A stretch of DNA of 64,000 bases from the NCBI RefSeq assembly GCF_001194135.2, contig NC_068994.1, positions 41,450,049 through 41,514,048 on the forward strand, written 5' to 3'. How positions within the stretch are numbered: the stretch's first letter is position 1; each line of letters starts with the position of its first letter. The notes beneath the pieces are model-generated. The model saw only the letters and a list, made by a program, of their open reading frames with translations. It ran no database searches and was not told the origin of the DNA. This document shows, piece by piece, positions 24,902 through 36,645 of this stretch. The position numbers and the translations under genes were made by a program. The DNA is from Octopus bimaculoides. Taxonomy: Eukaryota.

Positions 24902-27900
24902 TATATGTATATATGTACAAACACATATATCTATATCTATGTATCTCTTACCAGTAGTCACCCATGCATACCAGCCTCCCCCTCTCCATTCCATCGATGT
25001 TATCCAAGGGAAAGACAAAGGCCAATACAACTTGGCACCAGTGACATTACATAACATTAGTTATGCCTTTGTATTGCTTCTGTAACAAACTTTTACTCTC
25101 TTTGAAATAAGAACTTCCACTTCTTTAAGATGTTTCAACAAGTATTTTTTAATATTCCTTTTTGGCCCACTTGTTCTACCTCTCTTCACTCTTCCTCTTG
25201 TTTGTATTTAACACTCAAAAGCACTTTGTTATTAAGTATGTTTCTTCTACTACCTTCTGTATTCACTCCCTTTACATATTATAGTATTTTCTGATCGTAT
25301 TAAGTAGATCACTTAGTCTTTGATTCAGTTATGTAGTTACATACAGCGTTTCACCACTCTGGTTAGCATGCTGTTTCCTGTCATGCTATTTACAAGTTCT
25401 GCAGTAAATGTATTGGTGTTAGAAAAGTAAGATCTTGGATATATTTCATTTTAATATTGTCTTACTGGATCATTCTTTAACAAATTCCAGCCCCAAACTT
25501 ATACTGTCTCTCTCTTCTGAAAGTTATGTTGTAATCTAGATTATACATTTGAATAAAAACCACCATCACCATCACCACCATGAACAAGAACAACAATGAC
25601 AGCAACGACATCATTTTTATGTCCATGTTCTAAGTTGGCACGAGTTAGATGGGCCATCATGGTTTGTGTCAGTTCTTATAGAGCAGGGGCCACTTCCCTT
25701 GCAGATGAGTTAGAAGATCATTCCTTGCTTATGTGTTTCAATTTTAGCTTGACATCAACTGCTAGATTCCATTCCTATCACCAGTTGGGCAAAATGCTCG
25801 ACAACATTTCTTGTGGATTTACATTCTGAGTTGAAATGCCACTGTGATTGACTTTACATTTCATCCTTTTGGAGTCAATAAAATAAGTCCCAATATCTAG
25901 GCTTTGCTAAAACTTAGAATTAATTATAGCATGGTCAGAAATCCTTCCTCTTGTTGACTTGTAACTGGGTTAGAAATTCAAATTATTAAAAAGTTATTGC
26001 CACAGCAACAAATACAGCATTTATGGATTCCTTGTACTACATTAATGGTATTTACATTTGCTAATTGAGTAAATTTATTTAAGCTCTTCAATTAACTGTT
26101 GCTGGATTTTGTAACATTAAACACAACCAAGTCTTTCTTTAGTTAAATTATTTACAATGAGGAAGTGGTATCAAGTATCTAAATTAACTGTCTTTGTCTA
26201 TCAGAAGGAGCTAAATTTGTTTTAGAAAATGAATATTCATAATGACTTTATTATATATTGAATAGTTTAATGACAGATAAATTTTACATTGACTCAAAGC
26301 TACACATTTATATGAAAATGGTAAAGTTGGTAGAATGGGTTTAATAAATTTTTCTAATTTAGGCACATGACCAGCAATTGATAAACAAAGGGAGCTACTC
26401 AATTACATTGACCCTAATACTTGACTGGTACATCATTTTATCCAACCCAGATCAATCAAAGGCGAAGTTTATATCACAGCAGAAATTGAATTTTAAATGG
26501 CAACAGTCAGAAAGAAATACTGGAAAGCATTTTATCTGTTGCCCTAACAACTTTGCCAATCTGTCACCCTATTGATTTCAGTAAATGACTGGAAGTTATT
26601 TTATCGACCTGGGTTGGCAGAAAGGAAAGATGAGTCAAAAATGATGTGAATGCATTTGAAATACCATGTTTTTTTTTTGTTTTTTCTTTAGCATTAAGTG
26701 AATCAGAGACAAACACCGTCTTAAATAAGATCCATGGATATCACAAGTAACATTTCCTGAAGAACTGACACTTACTTCTCCCATTGCATAGTGAATAGAG
26801 AAACAGATTTAAGTGCCTTGCACAGAGACAAAATAACATTCCTGGAAGCAGAGTAGAACTCATAAAAACCTATGAACTGCAAAGTCAATATGTAATCCAC
26901 TTAGATACTAGTTTAATATTTCTACTGACATTTTATACCTGTCATAAAATATGATTTCTTACATAAGCATAAGGCCCGAGATATAGCATAACCACTTAGA
27001 TCAATTCCTCTACTTGCTTGCTACTTTATTTCATTGACCCAGGAAGGATGAGAAGTGAAGTTGGCCTTGAATATAACAATAATTATACTTTCTATTATTA
27101 ATATCCTTTATATAGTTGATCTAATTAACCCTTTTTCTTCATCAACTGTGAAATCTTTCTCTTAGAAACTTTGAACTATAATTTGTTTCAATTTCTTCTA
27201 AAATGTATTTTTTATTTATTTATTTATGTGTTTCAGCCAAGTGGCTGCGGTCATGCTGGTGCACCACAAACATTTCTAAATATCAAAAGTTTCCTGGTAT
27301 AGTTTATATCAGATAACTTTATATTTTCATTGTTTTTTTGCTTGTAAAATATGGTTCAACTTTATTTCTTTACAGGATATGGCTGCATGGCATGTGATTA
27401 CAGGAAATAGAACCACACAAAAATATGATGTGATATAATATAATATAACATAATATAATATAATGTAATATGATATAATATAATATGATATATTATAATA
27501 TGATATAATATAATATAATATAATATAATATAATTTAACATAATGGATGATGATATATAGAACAACAGATAGTTGTATAAAAGCCAAATTAATTCTTAAG
27601 TTGGTTAAGTTTATATGTGTTAGAAAAAGAAGAATTAACAGTTTCAGGAATGATTCTTCATTTGAGTTAACTCATTATTTTTAAGGTCCATAAGCACCTA
27701 AAAAGATGGTTCTGTATGCAAGCACAGATACACACCAATACTGTAACTCTTATTCAAATGATTTGTAGCATGTACTATGTGTTCATTAATTGTTTTAGGT
27801 ATTTAGGTAGTTGTGAGTAAACACAGTCATCCTCAAGGCTCTATCCTCTTGACCCAGTAAAACATCCAAGATATTACAATTAGGGGGGAAAGGAAAAACG

Positions 27901-28073
27901 TACCAGCATCCAGCTGGTACTCTTTTCAACTCAGTAACTTGAAATGAAGAACCTTGCTCAAGGACACAATGTTCTACACGATCCCAGAAGCAAACCCACG
28001 ACATTATGATCATGAGCTCAACATACTGACTACTAAATCAAAACAATTTTATAACAAAGGATGATATCCTTAC

Positions 28074-30461
28074 CTGAGTAGTTGCTGGTAATGTTCTGGA
28101 TGAAGAGGAATCCCAGTCGTTTTGTGATTCAACATCTGGATAAAGCTGACTGCGTGATCTAAACATCTGGCTACTTCTTATGTCATCTGGACTTCTTAAT
28201 GTTACAATAGAATTACTAGTCTCTGATATTAAGTTCCTCTTTTCTCTACAAAACTTATTCATATGATTTAATTTTGCCCCATGAGAGGTATTTTTCAAAT
28301 TGTTGTATCTCACAACACAAGCTGTTATGAAAATAACAAGAGCCACTGATAATATTACTGCTACAACAACAATAACAATGGCTAAATTAAGATTTATCAT
28401 TCCATCTGTTTGTTTGTATGTTGCAGTGAGCATTTCTGATGTGTTATTGCTTAATATGACTTTCAAAGACAGTGTAGTTGTTGCTGATAGTGTGGGAGTA
28501 CCATTATCTTTGACAGCTACTTTTAGCCTGTATGTCCCAGCATCAGTTTGGTAAATTGGACGAGAGAATGACAAGTGACCAGTGTAAGGATTCACTTTGA
28601 ACATCAGCTTGTCATCTCCTCCCACTATTTCATACCTGAGAAAAGCATTCATTCGACTGTCTCTGTCAGAAGCTTTCAGAACAGTAATATTATTCTTTGA
28701 CTGAGGATGATAAAAAATATCAAGACTGAAAGGATTAATGTTAGGGAAAACAAAATATGGAGCATTGTCATTTTCGTCCATAACTTCAACAATAACATTT
28801 GCTGTGTTGTTTAAAGAAGGAATTCCGTTGTCTTTTACTAAAACTTTAAATTTATAAATTTCTTTTTGTTCACAATCTAATGTTCTTGTAGTTGATATAA
28901 AACCATTTTTTGTAATTTTAAAAGGAAGGTAATTTTTATTGCTTTCTAATAAGGAATAAGTTAACTCTCCTCCAACTCCAGTGTCTTGATCAGTGGCATT
29001 AATAAAGCCAATTGGAAAATTTGGTTTCTGATTTTCGTAGGTCAAAAATTTGAAGGTTTGTTTTGAGAACTGTGGCCTTAAATCATTGACATCTAATACT
29101 TGAATTGAGAACTTGCTCTCTGTTTTTAAGGGTGGGGTACCTTTGTCTTGACAAGATATTGTGATATCATAATTGTCTTCTTTCTCCCTATCAACAGCTT
29201 GTTTTACAATTACTTTATATTCTTTGGACCCTAAACTTAAAAGCTGAAAAGTTTTATGCTTTAGATCACAAATGACTTCACCATTCTTTCCAATATCATT
29301 ATCAGTAACCATTACATAAGCAATGAAACTGCCAATTTTGATATCTTCAGAAATAGCCACTCTGTTTTCAGTTAATGCACTCACAAAGTTCACATCAATA
29401 TTTGGTGCATTGTTTTGTTGGTTCACCACATAAACAACAACCATTGCAATTGAACTCAAAGGAGGTCGTCCTCCATCAGTAGCTCGAATGAATAGCTTAT
29501 GAACCAACGTTTGACCCAATGCAAATATCTTTTGTAGGAAAATTTCTCCAGTTCGTTTATTGAGTTTAAAGTGATCTTTAGCAATATCTGATGTTTTCAG
29601 TGTAAAATGATAAGTGATATTTGCATTTTCTCCAGTGTCCATATCTTTAGCTGAGAGAACAACAATAGGGGCTTCTTGATGTAATTCATTTTTTATTGAA
29701 ACATTGTAGATATTCTGTGAGAAAATAGGAACATTATCATTGACATCAGTAACTGATATCTTTACACCTAGAATACTTTGTTTTGTAGGATATCCTCCAT
29801 CTTTTGCAATTACTTGAAGTGAATAAATATCTTTTACTTCTCGATTTAGTCGTTCTCCTAAATTGATGGACAATTCTGAGGTGCCATCCAGGTTCTTAGA
29901 AACTGTTAATGTAAATGGCTCATCTTTCTTTTTCTTTAACTGATATGTAATCTGTGAATTCAAAAGCCCTACGTCTTTATCTACAGCATTAGGTAATGAT
30001 CTTCTGGCTCCTTTGCTATCATCTTCAGAAAATTCTATTGTTATTTCTTTCTTTTGAAATTGAGGTTTATGGTCATTAATATCTTCTAATATTATCTTGA
30101 TTTTAAGTATTTTCATAAATGTTTCAGCTCTTTTAACTGCAACTTTCACTATCCTGAAACATTCTGTGTTGTACATACAAAGAGACTCAGCATCCAGCTT
30201 TCTAGCAGTAAATAATTTTCCTGTCTTTGAAACATTGAACAGCCCTGAACTTTTGGTTGTGCTATGCTGAAGTTGACTAAATGTAATCAAATGGTGATCC
30301 TCCAGATGTACATTGTGTAGCAAATGTGAATCCGATGCAATATCTCCTAAAAAGCTTCCTTCACTCTTTTCCTCCTCCACATGGTAGGTGAGGTCGACGC
30401 AGGTGGAGATTGAAACCAGACACAACAATGTCCACAGAGTTACCAGTGTATTATGACTCAT
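28074..30461 (-). CDS. Pcdh: Protocadherin, main coding exon (signal peptide, 6 EC repeats, TM, proximal cytoplasmic tail; 796 codons)
   Basis: Lies in ORF 28038-30557. The ORF's N-terminus is intronic: a polypyrimidine tract plus ttcag| acceptor opens the exon at 30510, and ATG at 30461 starts a signal-like MSHNTLVTLWTLLCLVSISTC. Six cadherin repeats follow (linkers DINDHKP, DVNDNVP, NQQNNAP, DVNDLRP, DENDNAP), with the protocadherin EC1 C-X5-C motif (CMYNTEC) and a TM segment LAIVIVVVAVILSVALVIFITACVV. A phase-0 donor CAG|GTAAGG follows 28074. The symbol is family-level only. Confidence 0.96.
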
Positions 30462-32015
30462 TACTGCTACAACTTTTGATAAGATGCTAATCTCAAAACA
30501 TCCCAGGCATCTGAAAGAAAAGAAGAAAAATATTATTTTTAAAGTAAACAGTAACAAGTAAAGAAATTAAATATCATTATTACTATAAACTATCTCTATA
30601 ATTCAGTTTGCATATTATTTAGCTATTAGTCAACACTGACTGAGCAGACTTATGATCAGTATTCCAGCCATGATCATCTCATCTCTGTACCTAGGGCTAC
30701 AATATCCAATGTAACATTTCATTTTATTAAATAGCAGATAGTGATTTGAGAAATATTTGGCTGCTAATTCTGCAAAAACTTCTTTGTTGGTTTGTGAAGA
30801 ACTTGGTTGTGGTCCTCCAGATATATACTTAACCCTCATTTCTAGCTGTGACCACCCTAACTTTTCCTTTTGTGCAGGGAACTGGGGACAACATCATTCA
30901 ATGTATGCTGTGATTTGAGAGAGAGAGATTTGGTTGCTATTTTTAGCAAACTGTGTGACAATGAAGTAACTCCCTTGTTGGCTTGTGAAGAGTGTAATTG
31001 CTTAGAGCATTAGAATGAATCCTTTTATACATGAATCAATGGCACTCTACTGACCTGCGACTATTCAATAAAGAATTAATCTTCTTGAATGTAAAATACT
31101 ATCAACTGAGAAAAATCTGTGCTAATGCAATTAGCTGTTGATTATTTATTTTTTTGAGGAAAATGAATTCTAAGTGAAACCAGTGATATTGAGTGATGTC
31201 TAGAGTTTGTGTCTTCTCTCTATGTTTCTGTTATTGATGAAGCCTTACTAGAATAGAAAGCCAAATTATTTCTATACAAGATTTGCAAAGTAAAGTTTTA
31301 ATTCTATAACCAACTAAGCCATTTCAAATAAAGTAAAGTTTGGATATGCTTATCTAAATATATCATCAGACACTCTTTACAATAACAAAAAACATGACTT
31401 CTGTCAGGGTTGTTGCAGCAACATTATAAGACTTCAAGCAAAGCAATGCACTAGAGTCCCCTACATTCACACAACTAGAGCATACATAGATCAGTATGGA
31501 GCCTCCTTAGGTCCATGAGGTGCCTTGCACTGAAAACTACCCTTGTGTTCATGCTTTAAGACAGCACTAGCTTCCAAGCCTAACCATGTAGGTGGATGAA
31601 CTTCATAAAGGACATACATTTGCCAAGTTAATGAAAAACTAGACCAGTACAAAGCTGATTTAGATGAGGATCAGTTGTGATTTAGGTGGGGGCCTAACAT
31701 CTCTTGCATTGTGGACTATCTCTTTCTGGAAATGTAAGATGCTGAAGAAGAGAGAACTATTAACCAACTGTTAACCCTCTACTGTACTCTCAATTTCAAA
31801 TGGATCTAGGACAACTGATGGCAGCCAATTACCTTCAGCTCAACTCACTGCAGCGAACTAGCTGCTACTAACTCAATGCTGATATTAGAAATAAGACAAC
31901 ATGCTATGATATAGAAAAACTAATTTTTCTTTAATTAAAATTCTGTGTTATGAAATAAGTCTCATAAACTCTTTATTAATGTTAAAACTAATGCAATAGG
32001 TTTTAAAATAGTATC

Positions 32016-32090
32016 AAGTTATAGGGAATTCCTTTGAGTAATTCCCTATAACTTAGAATTCCTTAGTTATAGGAATTCTAACTATAACTT
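32016..32090. repeat. Nested short perfect inverted repeats
   Basis: AAGTTATAGGGAATT-N9-AATTCCCTATAACTT (15-bp stem), then TAGAATTCCT-N7-AGGAATTCTA (10-bp stem), then a further CTATAACTT. Confidence 0.85.
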
Positions 32091-32377
32091 TAAAGTATTT
32101 AATAGTACTAACACCTATTTTAGTTACACATTCCTTTAAGACATTTTGGATGGTATGATATTAAATGTTATAAAAATTACATTTTATGGATATTTTTGTA
32201 AATATTAACACTTATCATGTATTTTGTTTCCAATTTTGACAATGGGTAATCTGAGAGGATTCTAATCTAATAACACATGGGGTAATTTTTGCATCTGCCC
32301 TTTAAGTTTATTTTTCCAATACTTTAGAAAAAAAATATTGATACAATTATTGCAATTTTGACAGTATTTTAGGTTAC

Positions 32378-32583
32378 TCTTTTACTTGTTTCAGTCTTTT
32401 GACTGTGGCCATGCTGGAGCACCGCCTTTAGTCGAGCAAATCAACCCCAGGACTTATTCTTTGGAAGCCTAGTACTTATTCTTTCGGTCTCTTTTGCCGA
32501 ACCGCTAAGTTACAGGGACATAAACACACCAGCATCGGTTGTCAAGCGATGTTGAGGGGACAAACACAGACATACAAACACAT

Positions 32584-32628
<45 letters not shown>

Positions 32629-32779
32629 TACGACAGGCTTCTTTCAGTTTCCGTCTACCAAATCCACTCACAAGGCATTGGTCGGCCCGAGGCTATAGTA
32701 GAAGACACTTGCCCAAGATGCCACGCAGTGGGACTGAACCCGGGACCATGTGGTTGGTAAGCAAGCTACTTACCACACA
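32378..32779 (-). mobile_element. SINE family B, young near full-length copy
   Basis: Highly similar to 52189-52564, with CpGs retained and gtgggactgaacc (reverse complement of a Pol III B-box). Confidence 0.9.
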
Positions 32780-33956
32780 TTTTATTTGTTAGATCTAGAA
32801 TTAAAATTTTTAATTCTAAAATTTGATCATAGCAGCAAGCTGGCTGCTATAAACTAGTTGCAGTAAGTTGAGTTGTGGCTTGTTGGCAGTGACCAGGTAA
32901 CTGATTTCTATCTCAGATGGCCAAAATTCTGAAATTCCTCTTCTAAATGGAATAAAAAGAAATTAATGATTTTTGGATTTGTATTTATTTAGTTTGTAGA
33001 ATTATTTTGGTACTTTGGGAGGATCATACTGCTAATGAAAACACATGCACCAGCTGTACTTAACTTCTATTACTTCAGTTTTATTATAAATTAACTAGAA
33101 TAGTTTATTTATTTGTTTATTGATTACTTAATTCATTATAAAACTAAAGTGATATACAAACACTATGACCTTCCCAAAGTGCAACAGTAAAAGGAATACT
33201 AATAAAAGATATACATGCTGTATATCTTTAAGTCATTTTTTATTTTCATCTTTTTATATATTTTTCATATGATACACTAATTATATTTTTGTAAAAAACT
33301 AATTGAATTAGCTTCCACAAACTATTGATGGCCTATATACAGGAGTTAAAAAATATCTTTTCATCTAAGCATAGTCCACCGAGTATAGTTTAAGCATAAG
33401 CTATTGTTATACAGAATATCACATAATAATATATAAAGTTATCTTTGAGTTTTATGTAAAATCTGTCAGAACGAATGATGCTATCCGAGAATTTATTCTA
33501 TAATCACATCTCTTTAAATGCTGGATATGTGAATCTTCCTAATGACTTTTTATTCATTTATTTATAATTTTTTTTTTTTTAAATGTGTATATAGTTGAAT
33601 TATATTGTAGAAAGAACTATATGTTTGCTTAATAGGCTGTGTCTGCATACAGTTTGTAGATAAATGCAACACTCTTTGACATTAACAACGAATAGCAAGA
33701 ATAGAAATCCACTTAAGACCGGGAATATTCTGGTCAGCTCAGTTCAGATTTTTCACTTCTCAGAGACTCTGGCATTGTTTACTGACTGACTTGCTAAGTG
33801 TTTAAGATAAATCTTTAACAACAACACTCTGCTACTTTGAGCCCTTAACTACTGGTATTTATTGATTCCAAAATTTATAACAGGAAATCTTAACATCAGA
33901 AAGCATATTTTCATTTCATATTGCTTTATATGTATTTATTATTACTGTTATTATTA

Positions 33957-34006
<50 letters not shown>

Positions 34007-35642
34007 TGTCATTGTTGATAGGAGTTTATACACTACTGGAAACCATTACGGAGTATTCAAGTAATATCGAATGGCTTTTAAGAGACACAAATCTTGCTGA
34101 TTTAAATTCAGCATGCTATGGGGGTGAATAAGAAGAGGAAAAAAAAAAAGAGAAAGAGAAAAGGAGTGAGAAGAGAAGATGCATACAGCTTATACAAAAG
34201 GAAGCAGTTTAGAGTTAGTTGTAGAAGCATTTAGTTGAAAGTATTGTCGGTTTATGCAACTAGCTGCGAATGCCTAGCAATAATAGCACAATGAGTAGCA
34301 ATAATGAAGCAATGAGTTAGATGTAATTTACTCTTCTTTAACACTTCACCAAAGAAAAAAGGAAAAAAAAAAAAACTTGGAACAATAATTGCTGTGCATT
34401 ATTTTCAGTTTGATTTAACATAAAAATAAGAAATAATAATAAAAAAAAAAAAAGGAAGCAAACATTACTTTAAAATCTATTTCTGGTGACAGAAAGAATG
34501 GTGGGTGTGATATTTAATAAAGCTGATATAATGATCCACAAATTTGTAATGCCAAATAATAAATGAAGTAAAGAGATATATAGATGGAAAGGATGAAAGC
34601 TATGAACAAATGCTTTAAGTTAACAAATGGCAAAGAAGAATAATCACTTTAAAGAAAATAAGAAAAAAGATTCAAATGACTGAGTCAGAGCTCATAAAAC
34701 TGGTGAATTCCAATAAATGAGTGAAGTAGACAGTTCCTCCAATCTGTTCTGCCTATAATTACACATGATGGAACATTTCAGCCTGGTGGAAAGCAAACAG
34801 AAAATTTTTCTTTCCTTTTATTTTTCTCTCTCTCTCCACCCTTCCCACCTCACCTCTATCCCCACCACCACCACCACCACCACATACCAATGTTGGTAGT
34901 GACTGTGAAGACAAGAATGTTGAGGAGGTAAATTGCAGAAACTGTAGGATGAAGAATTTGATTAAAAAGAAATATGAATGACTTTATCCCTAGATTAACA
35001 ACTCTTAAGTAGAATTTGGTAATATTTCTAGTTAAAAGGTTTTACAAAATGTTGAGGCAAATATGGGAAGCTTAAGTGAACACTGTCGACATTTCAACAT
35101 GTAAGAAGTGCTACACAATCAAGGGAAAAAGCATGGACCAAGTAAAGTAAAGCTCAAGTGTAGCCAGAAGCAGATAAGATTAAAGGTGAGAGAGAACAAG
35201 AAAAGAGTTGCAGGAGACAGACATGAAAGAAGAAATTCAAACTGGGTGAGAAGTAGAAAGGAAATATAAGACGAAAGCAGAGAAAAAAAAATTCTTTACA
35301 AAGCAATGAAAAATACTATATAATTTTCTTCAGTTTCTTTCATATTGATAGGGTATATTTTGTTTGTTTCCTTTATAAAAAACATTCTTTTTAAATGATG
35401 TTTTAAAAAGGAAATGAATTTTTTTTCTTATTAAATTTGTGATTTTTCCTTTCAGCTTTAGATTGTTAAAATTTGATAAAATAATCCAAATTGTTGTAGT
35501 TTACAGATGTGAAAATAAACTTTGCAGTTTAAAAATAGTATTATACAAGCAAAAGGGGCTTATATTAACATGTGTAAAATTTTCGTAATTAACCATTTAT
35601 TAAAGAAATTAATCTACCAGCAAGTTTTTTATGTGGGTTTGT

Positions 35643-35862
35643 ACAGGAGATAGATTCAATATAAAATTTTTATTGGGTACAGCATATGTTTTGACCCATC
35701 AGTCTGGGTCTCATTAGGTACATTGATAATTATATGTCTCACTACAGATTTTTAGTGTCAGCTGACACTAAAAATCTATAGTCTGACATATCTTTATCAA
35801 TGTACCTGATGGGTCAAAACATGTTGTACCCAATAAAGATTTAATACTGAATCATCTCTTGT
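35643..35862. repeat. 220-bp zero-loop palindrome (foldback MITE-like)
   Basis: Centre ttttagtgtcag|ctgacactaaaa at 35761/35762. The arms align over about 100 bp with a 15-bp insertion in the left arm. Confidence 0.85.
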
Positions 35863-36519
35863 TAATTAATAATATATATATATATAAATCCCCAAAAATG
35901 AAGAACAAACACAAATCAGCAACATGAGAAAAGGAAGATGGAGGAAAAAGATCGCCAACGATTCACATGTGGTTACATTTTGGGGGTGAGGTGTGNNNNN
36001 NNNNNNNNNNNNNNNNNNNNNNNNNNNNNNNNNNNNNNNNNNNNNNNNTAGATATATATGCATATATGTATATATACACACACACACTTTCTTTTAACAG
36101 AGTTTTGTAGCCTGAAACCATTGGTTTTTATATTTTCACTGTCATTCAGCTGAAATTTGTTTGCTTAATGTTTGTTTTTTCATGCAAATGTGGGTTGGAT
36201 GGGGATTAATTTGAAGCAGAATTTTATGGCTGGATGCTCTTCCTGTCACCAACCACAACCATTTTACAGTTAAAAAATTTTCTATTTCAAAGGTTTTCAA
36301 AAGTGCAGAATGATATGTTATAATATCTATTAGAAATGTAAGTATCATATCACCTTTCTGTTCAGGTGATTACAAGTAAAACTGAAGAATTTCAATATTC
36401 ACATGCTTTCACACACACACACACACACACACATGCGATGGGCTTTAGAGTTTCTGCTCTCCACATTCACTCATAAGTTATTGGTTGACCTGAGTTTATT
36501 ATAGGAGACAACCAAATTC

Positions 36520-36645
36520 ATGGAGTGGGACTGGACCTGAATGGAGTGGAACCGAACTGGAATGGAGTGGAACTGAACTTGAATGGAGTGGGACTGAAAC
36601 CAAATAGAATAGAACTAAACCTGAATAGAGTGGGACTGAACCTCA
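36520..36645. repeat. 6 x 21-bp tandem repeat inside a minus-strand SINE-B (about 36425-36715)
   Basis: Units ATGGAGTGGGACTGGACCTGA, ATGGAGTGGAACCGAACTGGA, ATGGAGTGGAACTGAACTTGA, ATGGAGTGGGACTGAAACCAA, ATAGAATAGAACTAAACCTGA, ATAGAGTGGGACTGAACCTCA. Confidence 0.9.

Noticed and set aside
23919-25085. Long ORFs spanning N gaps (also at 46848-47378, 59070-59512 and 61429-62833)
   Set aside because: Artefacts of translating N runs and (TA)n/(TG)n repeats.
30462-30557. N-terminal 32 aa (MLLFTLKIIFFFFSFR...) of the 839-aa ORF
   Set aside because: It starts at a non-ATG codon and translates the polypyrimidine tract and acceptor plus 5'UTR; the true start is the ATG at 30461.
36520-36645. CRISPR-like array
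   Set aside because: Eukaryotic context; the units are contiguous with no unique spacers and derive from a SINE.
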